From assembly GCF_000150275.1 (NCBI RefSeq), contig NW_002060947.1, positions 6,401,648-6,465,647 of the forward strand: a stretch of DNA of 64,000 nt, given 5' to 3'. Positions 1-19,914 of this stretch are shown here, in pieces; position 1 is the stretch's first letter; each line of letters begins with the position of its first letter. The position numbers were made by a program, and so were the translations under genes. Source of the stretch: Trichoplax adhaerens (Eukaryota; Animalia; Placozoa). Under the pieces are notes generated by a model. That model had not been told where the DNA came from, did no database searches, and worked only from the letters and a program-made list of their open reading frames with translations.

Positions 1-27
1 TCATTAAATTATTATAATTTTTTTTAG

Positions 28-4883
<4,856 letters not shown>

Positions 4884-6202
4884 TCATATAATTTATTTTT
4901 TACCCAATTGAAAATGCTATTATATTGAGCTATTTATTGATCACTTTATTGATCGTTTTATTAATCTTTTCGATGTAACAACAACAGATGGCACAAATCC
5001 GATAAAGCGAGTGTTTTCAGATTTTGATAGATAATAAACTACTTCTACCAAGGGCAACAACTGTACCTATCTTAACCTTGTAAATTCTACGTTAGAGGTA
5101 TCTAATTTATTTATACTGAATATATTGTTGTCTTCAGTGCAGTAAGTGTAAATTAATACTGTATAAATTGGCTTGTATGATAAAGCTTTGTAGCACCTGC
5201 AAAATGTATTAAAATAATGACTAACTTTGTCGACTGTATATTTCAGAGTATGAACTATTTGACAGGTGTATGAATCGATTGTATAGTTATTTAATATAGA
5301 CTTTGAATTGAATTTCATATAGGTGTAGTCAATAAAATTATATTTTTCAATTTCTTAGCCTAATATAAACCAGGATTATTAATTACACGATAAATGTCAT
5401 CATTATAATCGTTACATTATACGTACAGTATATCTTACGTATGTATCATTTTTGCAGTAGTTATACCTTCATGTACTGTATGTGTATTAAATAATAATTT
5501 TAGCTGTACAGTATTGTACACTTCGTCTCTACTCGTAGTCTGCTATCTGTGCAAACTCTGAAACTTAGCCCAGCCTATACAGAATGCATATTCATTGCGA
5601 CGTATGTATATTAAGTGCGTGTTCGTGGCTATGAAGTAGATATAAGATGTCAGTTTTGGAATTATATAGTCATGAAATTTATAGCAGTCATACTGAAAGG
5701 AGAAATCTGATTTCACTAAAGACTAAGAGGAACTTCAAAAAGTATTACTGTTTAAGCTTTTCAATACATAAAATTTTAATATGGATAAACTAGACCATAC
5801 AAATATTATTTATTCCTACGTAATAACTTTAATATTTCCAGTGTTGCGAAGTGAAATTGAGATGCTTCCAAAGTGAACAACATTAAAATTATTATATTCA
5901 TGTCAAAACCGACATATATCTATATATTCAACAATATTTTGCGTACGGTTGATCTGAGCTGACTATTGATTTAATAATAGTCGAGCACTATACAAGCATT
6001 GTACGCATTCTGATTTAAAAATCAGAGTGATCGGACAGTAGAGTAAGATCACCATTAAGATGAATACAAACAATTCATAAGCACAATACAGCAGAAGCCC
6101 AGTTACTTAACGAATATGTCCATATTTTAAATATCGGATCTGAAGCATTATATATTATGTATAAAAGAAAGTAAGTAGCCAATACTTAAAAATGATGTTA
6201 TT

Positions 6203-8250
6203 TTACTTGGTGCTATAATCTAATATGATGGATTTTATTTTATTCATATTATTTGCAGCAATTTCTAGAGCCTTTTCACGTCCTTCTTTTAGTACCAAAT
6301 CGATATAGCCATGTTCATTTTGTAATTTGTATGCAGCCTCTCTGATTGGTTTTAAACAAGTGATAATGACATCGGCTAAAGCTTCCTTAAATTGTTCTGT
6401 ATTTGAACCTTCAAATTGCTTGCATGTTTCTTCAACGGTGCATTGATTAAATGCAGAAAATAGTGTAACAAGATTTGAGACACCAGGTCTAAGATCCGGA
6501 TCATAACTTATAGCAGAGTTGGAATCAGTTACAGCTCTTTTAATCTTATTTCGTATTTCATCAGGTTGATCCGTTAACTCTATTCTGCTCAAAATAGATT
6601 TGTCTGATTTACTCATTTTTTGATCAGGTGATCGCAAATTTTTAACCCTAGGGACATCACCTACATAATTTACGATAAGTATACCAAATCAATTAGAGCT
6701 AACATGCTCTTACTAAGATTAAATATTAACATTTTAATATATCGAAGATTGCTACTGACCCATAATAACATTTGGTGACGTTAAATATTGGCAATCGTAA
6801 CGTTTATTGAAGGTTCTGACTAAAGTTTTGGTTAATTCCAAGTGTTGTACTTGATCATCTCCTACAGGTACGTGCGTTGTCCTTCAGTATGGTTCAGATT
6901 GAAGAATTACAGCAGTTAGTAAGCAAGAGATATCTGCTAAGTTATAAAGTCTGATTTCTATGCCTAATCCGTACTATTATGACGAGTAAGAAGATATTTA
7001 TATGACTGTTAATTTGATTGAACAGATAGGGTATACAATGCAATAGTATCTTAATAACATTACTCAAGAAAATAATGCTATACTTGTAAAGTAGAATATC
7101 CGCGGCCATTAAAACAGGATAGGTTAGCATACCAACATGTACGTTATTATTTGACAGCCCCTGGCTCTTTGTCTAACAGAAACCACTTATTAATCATCAA
7201 ATCATGATATTGTCGTCTAGCAAAGTATTTATAGGTTGAGATACTGTATATGCATTAATAATTTCTATTCCAATTTTATCAAGAATGCATACTTACTTTC
7301 CATTGTGTCATACGTGTTAGCCATCCGATAGGTGTTAAGCAGGATAACATCCAGCTTAATTCTGCATGCTGAGGGATCTGTAGGAATAGTAAGCCTTGGT
7401 CGATTAAGTGATGTCAAGTGATATCTAGCACGGAAAAGTCAATGTATATGAGCTAGACATACCTGAGATTGCTGGAATAAGATACACCTTGTGGGATCTA
7501 AACCACACGCTAATAAACTGAGTGTCAATTCCTTTATGGTATAAGATACAGAGTCGGGATTTTGATAAACTAACAGTAAGAATCCATTTGCAAATTAATA
7601 CAGTTAGTATAGCATTGCGACATGATAGCAAGCTGATGTTGATAATAATTAATATCTATCACTGTAGAACCTCTAAGAATTTCATTTATGATACTAAAAT
7701 ATCATTACTGTAGCTGCGTTCCAGTATCCTATGAGCTATTGATGTATGTTATTATTGTAATATTAAGAGTGAGTATTAGTTCTTATCAACCAACCTGAAG
7801 TGAGAGCATGTAAATCGACTATACAGTATATGAGTTGAGCAGGAGTGTCTTGTAATTCAATCCATCTTTTGATCGCTCCTAAATAATTGCCGATATGAGG
7901 CTTACTCGTTGGTTGGATACCGGAGAAGATGACATCATCCTTTTTTAATTGAAGTTTATCCAACTACCCGTATGGACGACGTATATTAAAATAATAACAG
8001 TAAAAGAGTCAAATGGTTTATAAGTTTGATACCATTGCAAAGCAGCATATTATTATCCACTGAGATCCAGCAACACTTGGAGAATGACATAAATAGACAC
8101 ATCTAGAGTTAGAATATTGCATAACAGTATACTCGCATACGCGTAAGTGTCTATTGAAATGTCATCCCAGAATAGTGCTGCAAAGCGTACTCTGCTTACA
8201 TGCGGTTGGGAGCTCATTCTAACTGCTTGCAGAAAGGAATTTGCCAACAT
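6203..8250 (-). CDS. WARS2: Mitochondrial tryptophanyl-tRNA synthetase. Exons ~8250-8200 (upstream in-frame ATG at 8307 possible), 7963-7794, 7569-7462, 7378-7296, 7172-7083, 6882-6761, 6660-6203
   Basis: Class I motifs: [56 protein letters not shown]. The N-terminus [14 protein letters not shown] resembles a mitochondrial presequence. Confidence 0.95.
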
Positions 8251-8955
8251 GATCCGCTTTTCTGACATCCTAACATGTCTTATCACTGTATGTAGTGGTA
8301 TCGGCATATTCCTACTGTAGTTTGGTCCAATAGGTGATCTTAGGATGGAAATACCGGCTACAGATTGGATCCAAAGGCGGCCAGAGTTGGCTACGACTGG
8401 TGTCTGCAGAGCTCGGTGTACGTCGCGTAGCTACTACCTATCCCGGTCGAGTCCTTCCTCCCCATAGTCCGTACTGCTTGCAATTCTTATTCAACTGTAC
8501 AGTATGGGTGCACTAGAGCAGTAGTAAATGAATTGAGCTCACCAGAGTTGGAATACATGGACCATCCACGTCGCAATAGTCAACAACTGTTGCTATTTGA
8601 AACCATACCAATGGCGGGATTGAAAGCGCTAATACTAATTAATTAATTATCCCCTGCAGCTACGTACTATAGACTACAGTACTCTGGCTTTTTCGTATAA
8701 GGATGCCTAGATTACTCAATAGTACATGATTAAGCCTGTTGTAGTTTCCTAAAGGTATCACCAATGTTGGAGAAAGACCTCCAGCAGTTCAACTCTTCCG
8801 GAAATGACTTTGATCAAATCAAACATTAAATCTACACTGTACTTGCTGTAGTTATTCCTTGGCTAAATGCAATAAGAAATTTGCTGGAGCTGTCGGCCTC
8901 CAACCCAACCCCCCCTCATTTCGTACAGAACGGTGTACACAACGTACAGTACATT

Positions 8956-9613
8956 GTAGGCCTACTTGCCATCAAGGGAACCTCTATCTACCTGCTACCT
9001 CCATGGCTGCTTCCGCCACAACAAGGGATTTCTATTAGCAATCGCTGCTCCAACCATAGAGGTGACAGAAAATGGGCCATTTTCTATCTCCTCTATCCCC
9101 CCCCCCCCCCCCCCGGCTGCAACCTCCACCTCCACAGCCCTAACCCTAAGTTGGTGGGTTATAATTTGCAGTGTAGGCCTACTAGCCATCAATGGAACCT
9201 CTATCTACCTGCTACCTCCAAGGCTGCTATACTAGTTCCTTGCTGCTTCCGCCCCAACAAGGGACTTCTATTAGCAATCGCTGCTCGAATCATAGAGGTA
9301 CAAAGAAAATCGGCCATTTTCTTTCATCGCTATCCCCAGATGCACCCTCCACCCTCAAGGCCCCAACCCTAAGTTGGTGGGTTATAAGTTACAGTGTAGG
9401 CCTACTTGCCATCAAGGGAACCTCTATCTACCTGCTACCTCCATGGCTGCTATACTAGTTCCTAGCTGCTTCCGCCCCATCAAGGGACTTCTATTAGCAA
9501 TCGCTGCTCTAATCCTACAGGTACAAGAAAATCAGCCATTTTCTTTCACTACTATCCCTCGGCTGCAACTTCCAACCCCCCAAAGCCCCAACACTAAGTT
9601 CACAACACTATAA
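8956..9613. repeat. Three-copy tandem repeat (~217-223 bp unit), C-rich on +, in the WARS2/KATNA1 divergent intergenic region; includes a C18 run at 9097-9114
   Basis: Unit GTAGGCCTAC(T)TGCCATCAA...GGAACCTCTATCTACCTGCTACCTCC...CTATTAGCAATCGCTGCTC starts at 8956, 9173 and 9396. Confidence 0.93.
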
Positions 9614-10061
9614 GGTATGCGCAGCCGTACAGCATACTGTACCATCCTCTACAGTACCGTCCAGTTTCCACTGGGTTGTTGATTTCAAATTTCTCCTACT
9701 TATACTGTACCAACGGCTTTTTATCGACTGTGACAGTAGTAAGACGCAATCAGCCCTTGTGACTGGGTATCAACCCTGTCAAGATTGCTGCCTGCTCCAA
9801 AGTGTCTATGCAATACATTACTGTACCAGGGTGGCAATAGGGACACCGGTGATAGCCCAACTTGATACGGTAGCTCATCACCGTAGTGGATTAAGTATAA
9901 GAGACGGTGAAGGGAAGGTAAGCCATCTTCCACCGCCATTCCTCCACTTTTCAATGATTATTGCTTCTTCGCCAGCACTATTGGATTGAAGAAAATCATT
10001 TCTTGTTCATCGATACAGTCGATTGATTTCACCGAGAGTCTATGTTGAATCTGTGAGAGTC

Positions 10062-13139
<3,078 letters not shown>

Positions 13140-13510
13140 TTTAACAAGCTTTTTCCCATTTTTAATACGCCGGGACCGTTTATACCTGCTACTGATACTT
13201 TCACAATTGGATCGAATATACGTGTTATTGTAACGGAGTATTTTACGAAAGAATGCTCTGATTTCGAAACTATAACAATATATGTGCTCAACGTTAGTTA
13301 TACAACTATTTGTGTTGATCAAATTGAACGAGTGCGTAGCACATTGTCAGCACAGCTGCATTGACGCTACAACGAAATTTAAATTTAATGAATCTTGTTA
13401 GGTGTCGAGTAACTACAATACTGATCTATTTTGTATGTTACAAGATTTAAAGCACGGTAACGCTTACATTAACACGTACATATTCCATCATTATCAGCCA
13501 TGCATATGCG

Positions 13511-13533
13511 TATATATATATATATATATATAT
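13511..13533. repeat. (TA)n microsatellite
   Basis: About 11 consecutive TA units. Confidence 0.9.
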
Positions 13534-13617
13534 AAAAATGTTCTATATTACCGTATTAGAAATTCATATTGTAGATTTCTAGGAAATTTTTTATTTTATT
13601 GTTTACTGTATACACAA

Positions 13618-14323
13618 TTAACCAGCTGTTGAAAAGTATTTCGAATTATAAATATTTTTTTTGTTTTCATACACTGTAAAGCCATTCAGGACTTACCTGC
13701 TCTAATGTAATTATTCGATAGTGATATAAAGGTACGATCGTAACAAATTCTAATATGCAACTTCGGGTCGGAATAAAGTGTGACAGTTGATTTCATCTCT
13801 AAAGGTGATCATCATTAACTATAGTATTACATCTTACATAGGCGAGGTAGTTTATGGTATAAAAGATGATGTACAGTGTTTCAAATGTTAAATATTATGG
13901 TAAGGAGATTAACACTGGTTTGCAAATAGTGTGATAACGTTGATATTATAGTACCTTTCATGTAACTAAAGTCAAACATGTCCCTAAAATGTATATTAAA
14001 TATCTATGTCGTGGAAATAGATGTAAACACCCGATCAAACTTTGCTCTGATACATTTGTAAGTCATAAGTATCGATGGATGCGCGTTAATGACATATTTC
14101 TTACGTTAAGATATTTAACATGTTACATGTGTACTTCCTATCTACCTCTTTTCCACTTATAATGCCTATATGATATTTACGTAGGATACGACATTTCACG
14201 TAGATAAATAATAAAGTTAGCAAAAGACTACTCGACTTTTTGGGTGTTTTTAAAAAGCAACATCAATAACTTGACTAACAATTAGACTTGAAATAATTTA
14301 ATATAGCTTCGCCTTCACTCACC
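13618..14323 (-). CDS. Candidate unannotated gene, 3' exons only: 14323-14280, 14165-14105, 13983-13955, 13798-13697, 13625-13618; product unknown
   Basis: Five phase-compatible exons with GT-AG introns of 114, 121, 156 and 71 bp (donors gttagt, gtaaga, gtacta, gtaagt). Spliced frame: VSEGEAILNYFKSNCIISGKEVDRKYTCNMLNILTDMFDFSYMKEMKSTVTLYSDPKLHIRICYDRTFISLSNNYIRAAG*. No homology recognised. Confidence 0.45.
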
Positions 14324-16247
14324 CTGAGGTGAGCAGTTAATTAAAAAGATCCTTAGTGTTGAAGCATAATTCTAGAAGGTTTAATAATTTTAAACCAATT
14401 TAATATATTATTGATCAGGGTAAATTTAAAATGTTATCATGAAAAAAGGAGCTATAGCAAAAATTAGCATTGATTGATTTTTATACAGTAATTATCTAAC
14501 AAGCCAATGCTGTGGCAACTATTTTAATTACTTTCTGGAGAATAACATTCATTTATCAGTAGAGCTATCAGAATAATGCACTAGTTATAAAAGTCTTAGT
14601 GCTAGTGTATTCATAAATCTGATTGAATAAAGAAGGTAGAGTAATTATAATAAGTTAATTGTAAGAGTAAATAGACAAAAGATGATGCTGTGCAATTATT
14701 TCCTTTAATTTAGCGCCGCCATTCTTTCATAGAACAACTGTTTTACCAGGTAAACAGCAACATTAGACCGATTAACTGGTGTATTCTAGTCATTGAATAA
14801 CAATACTATTTAAAAATGCTCAACAGTGGCTAATATGACGAGCTAATGTAATGAAATTTTCCTCCGATTAAATATATATTTAAATCCTACTCATTATTGA
14901 TGAAATAGAAGTAGACATGACAGACTGACTAAGGTAGTTATTATTCGTTCTGTACCTTTAAGTACCAACAGCGTAACTTTTGATACTGAGAATAAGGAAG
15001 AATTCATCTTGATATACAAATTATTAGTTAGCATGGAGATACATTCGTAATTTAATAGATTTTCATTGTAACAGAGCATTTACTGCATTTGATTGATTGA
15101 GTAGATTCATTTTACTAATACGATTACTTAAATCAATCAATATCGAATAAGATTTCTACAACTTGCCTGCGATGGTATAGACATGCCAATAGATTGCACT
15201 CCGCTCATTATAGTAGTTTTGTATTACAATGCGAACAGAACTTAATATAGTTCAATTATTTAATGGAGTATTCATTGCACTATGCATACAGCTAAAGAAG
15301 CATTGCTAGGATTCTGTATAGGTAGAAACTTAAAAGAGAAGGTGGTGGAGAAGCTGGTAATTAAAATTGCACGAAGAAATTTTCACACGAGAGGATGTAA
15401 ACTACTAATCAAAAAAGTTATTAGACATAGCAATAAAAAATTGATCACAGAGTGTAAATGGATTAAATATTCTACTAACTTAAACCATATAAAGAGAACA
15501 TCGAATTAATAGCATTAGCAATCTTTTGCTGTGACTTAACCTAGCATATTTAGATCTATCACCATCAATAAATATCAGTATGTACTCTCAAGGCCTCAGG
15601 TGTAAATACTTAGGTGTATAGGTTCTCAATACTTTTAATGCGAGATATACAGGGATCCTACCTAACTTATCGAATTGAATATAGAACTACAAATTATTTA
15701 GCTTTAAAGACACATTTCTTATTCGGTCAGTAGCTCTGTCCATAATGTTTTACCAAATCCAAGAAAGTTGGTATTGTTAATCAACAGAATAATCATTTTT
15801 AGAGAAAAGATTCATGAACATTATTATCAAATCTCACGATCTGATTCTAGACAATTGTTGAAGGAGTAACATTTATATGCAACTTCCTTTAAAATATAAA
15901 ATTTATGTATATGTGACGCAAATTATGGTCAATCATTTATCGACATACTGTGTGCAATCAACTTTTTTAGTAACGTGCGAGAATTTAAACTTGAGTAAAA
16001 TCCATATTTAGCTTCGTGTAATATCCTATAATAGCACTCAGAGATCCTCTATCGTAATTATTACATGCTAAATTAAGTTAACGATGGTGTGCAACAGCAT
16101 TATTGAGCAGTATACAAGCTATAAATTATATTATGTATGAAAATCTGTGTATTGACTTGTCTTGAGAGTCGAGTTTCATCGAAATATAAATTCATCAGCT
16201 CGATGAAATATCTGATCATTTCTTGATATAGTATTGTAAGAAGAATC

Positions 16248-18912
16248 ATGGCCGAACAGAGATTATTTGATACATTACAATTGAATAGGAATACAGAAGA
16301 TTTAAAAGTTGCCATTACAAGAAAAAAGGACTTTTATATTGGAGTTACCGATGTTTTACCTAGTTTATCTTCTGATAAGCTTCGAAATTTAGGTAATCTA
16401 TCGTTATTTGTATTTCTAACATCCTCCTTGATGAAATCGAGCCAGAAGCTAACATGTAATATGCCTATAGTAGATCATAATTTCTAGTCTTGACTTTGAT
16501 TACTTGCAGAGATTGATGAGGAAAAAATTCAATCCTGGAAGTTAGACGAGGTGGTCATATCTTAGACGATGAAGATTACGTCTACAATTCGTAAACATAA
16601 ATTTGCGCTATTATTAAAGCTCATCCATGCTTGTTGTCCATTAACGAAATAAAAATTTAATTCATATCAAGGACGAGAAAGGAGAAATACCACAGCAAAA
16701 GAGAACTAGTAAATCTTTATTAGCTCCAGTTATGCCTAAAGGAGCTACTTGGACTGATACACTGAATCGTTCTTGGCATCTTGGTAAACTGTTAGGAACT
16801 GGTGGTCATGGGCGAATTTATCACGGTATAACCGGCATAATCAGTAGAAATCTTTCCTGTGTCACCCTGTAGCATCACTATAGAACAGAGCCAGTAATTA
16901 ATTTACTGAAGTATTGTAACCTAAAGTGATTTTATGTTGTTATTATCATAGTTGATCTATCTTCGGTTAATGTGGATGGAGTTTATCGATCGGATCACGA
17001 GAATGATGTCCAGGAATATATTATTAAAATTGTATGGATGTTGTAAAATTATCAAAATTGATCAGAGATAAGGATGATTATTGATTGATATTGGCAGCCT
17101 AACGATATATAACTGTGTTACTAGGAACCAGCAACTAATTGTACAATTTTTATGGAGACCTTCTTTTATACTATCTTTGATAGAAATCAAACTAATTGTA
17201 CGTAATGTTGAGTAAACTTATATTAACGGTACGCTCAAGTCAGTATTGCTTTACGATGTAAAATTATAATAAATTAATGAAATATAATAGGCAAGAGATG
17301 ATGATACACTTTAATGGAAAGAGTAGTTTATGGACATTTAATAAACCCTTAATTTTACAAGTTATATATTTAGCTACAAATATAATTGGAGAACTTTATT
17401 GCATTGTAACTCTATTTCTGTCAACTTATAATTTACTTTATTCACTTGGCTAGCATTTTTTAGCATAATTAAAATCATTCTTGCTATAGAAACAATCGGA
17501 ATTGACTTTAACTAGATAAATACAGCTAGAAATAGAATGAAAACACTTTTTCGCTGATAATTTGATTTTCATCAGTATACACAATTTAATTCATATTACA
17601 ATATCCATATTTATGATTTAACAGTTGCCTTGTGGAAGAAAAAGAATGGAATTCACTTTATTGGGGTGCCAAAATGTATAACCTGTGCTATCATTGAATA
17701 TAAGAAAGAAAAGTACCAGTATTTAATTCTTGAAAAGCTGGGTCAAACCATCGATACGCTCTGGAAATCGAACGGTAAACAATTGAATTCCGAGATTGTT
17801 TTCGGTATTGGAATAAATTTGGTATGCAGATATTTATACAACGATTCTTCTACATAATGATGATTTTTAGATGATTAAATTGTTGCATCTTTTTAGTTAC
17901 ATACATTAGAGTACATTCATTCTCTCGGATTTGCTCATGCTGATATCAAGGGATCAAATATTCTGGTGGCTCCTCATCAGCAAGATTTGAGATTGGTATT
18001 TGAACGGCAAATAGTGATATATTTGCCCGTAAAAATGAATAATATAAAAGGCAAGATCGATATATTAGCGTAATGTAATATATTAATATGTTTCGGACTG
18101 ATTTAAGGTATATCTAATCGACTATGGCAATTGCCGTAATTTCCTTATAAATGGCACTCATAAGGAATATCTTCCGCGTAAATGGCTAAGCCATCAAGGT
18201 ACTGCATTATATACTAGCCGCGATGGTCATAAGGGGGTGGGTAAGCGCAGTAATTTAAAATTATGTAACTAATAGAATGGTCTAAATTATTATGGCAGAA
18301 GTTACACGTAAGTTTTCAATGTAAGAGTGAATTAATGATCTACAGGCTTATGCTAGAAATTCAATTTGTTGACAGCTCCATCGCGCCGAGGTGATATTGA
18401 AATCCTTGGTTATGTCATGTTGCGATTAATTTGCGGAAAATTGCCGTGGGAATTGGCGAATGTTAATAAAGACTTTATCGCCCAAGCAAAGATGAGGTAA
18501 ATTGATTTTTATTACTGGTGTTTACAGTAAAAATAATCTGTTGTATTTAATTTTCGACTACAAAATGAGATTATGCTTGAATGTCTAAAATATGGTTTTC
18601 CTATATGCCTAGCTATTGTAGTGACATTGATCAACTTATGAAGGATTGCTTCGCCCTATCTAATCATGGTAGTCTTGGTAAGAGAAATTTTTCAAGTATA
18701 GTGCTATAGCGGTCATAATTTAGCGAAGAGAGTTAACGGCAGACTTGCGTCATTTCTCTAGTATACCTGATACGTAGATAATGATCAATTTTTGGGCATT
18801 TCTAGATGTCTTAAAGACCTATTTGACTTATGCAGTCAGTATGGCCTATCATGAAGCACCGAATTACCGGTATCTTAGAGAAATATTAGAAAGTGGAATT
18901 CAAGGCGGATAG
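16248..18912 (+). CDS. Vaccinia-related kinase (VRK/CK1 group) family Ser/Thr kinase, divergent, about 11 exons
   Basis: Spliced exons give [78 protein letters not shown] and LPW, the VRK signature series. Stop TAG at 18910-18912. Confidence 0.9.
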
Positions 18913-19397
18913 ACTAGTTAACGAGGCCCTGCTATTGTGTTATTCATTTCATACTATTTCCTCCGACGTATGACTAAGGGAATTTCAATAATTTACTTGA
19001 TTAAAGCTAACATATGCGTACTATCCAAGGAAGAGAATTGAAAGGATTTTTTGATAAAAAATTATTGAATGTACTGCACCACCATTAGTCTCCTCTCTAG
19101 TAATGGATTATTTTGAAAAGAAAATTATCTACTTTGGCTATATCCAAGTGCCTTAACCTCATGTTGTACCTAGCCTCAATCTCCTGTAAAAGTTCAACTC
19201 TAAGAAATTTATTCTTTAATTAAATTACGGAGTATTTTAACATTGGAAATATCCTAATTGGTTGATAAAGGAGACTTTTGGACATACTGTTGCATTTACA
19301 GCATATTTTCCACTATATATTCTGTCACTCTGTCCGTCTTTGATTTGATTATACAGTATTTGATCTTGAATTTGTCCATTTTTCGGTATATCAATGT

Positions 19398-19610
19398 GCT
19401 CATTACAGCTAATGTTTCGTTTAATGGTGGAAATTTTTTAATATTCCATCGTCATGATTGACTTTTACTTAGGGCTTTTAAAATGGATTTACTAGTTCAG
19501 TTTATCAATATGCTTTACAGCTAGCGTTGCGTTTAATAGTGGAATATTTTAATATTACATAGTCATGATTGACTTTTATTACGGCTTTTAAAATGGATTT
19601 ACTAGTCCTT
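19398..19610. repeat. Imperfect two-copy tandem duplication (~110 bp)
   Basis: TTACAGCTA..GTT.CGTTTAAT.GTGGAA...GTCATGATTGACTTTTA...GGCTTTTAAAATGGATTTACTAGT occurs twice in tandem. Confidence 0.85.
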
Positions 19611-19914
19611 TGCTTCTATCAATTTATTTCTTGGATCGTAGTGCAATCATTAATTATGATCGAGGTTAAATGGTGGCTGAAAGCCATCTTGAGTAAAAGT
19701 CTTGCATGGATTCCATGGTGTTCTTCACGGCATATCGAGTCAGGAGTGCTATCTAAAGGAAAGCTAGTAGAATAGCTCAATGAGTCTCGTCGATTGATAT
19801 CGAGATTGGAGTGAGCAATACAGCTAGTATGGATAAGACAGAGCTTGGCCGTCTGCATGTTGAAGTCAGAAGTGCTATCATGATGAAAGCCACTCCAGCA
19901 GCATGGTTCATCCC

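Noticed and set aside
9138-9150. CCCTAACCCTAA as a telomerase RNA template or telomere seed
   Set aside because: Only two units, not retained in the sister repeat copies (CCCCAACCCTAA, CCCCAACACTAA), and no pseudoknot is evident.
8881-9613. Overlapping ORFs of 65-163 aa
   Set aside because: They are by-products of the GC-rich tandem repeat: the unit lengths (217, 223) are not multiples of three, and no domain is recognisable.
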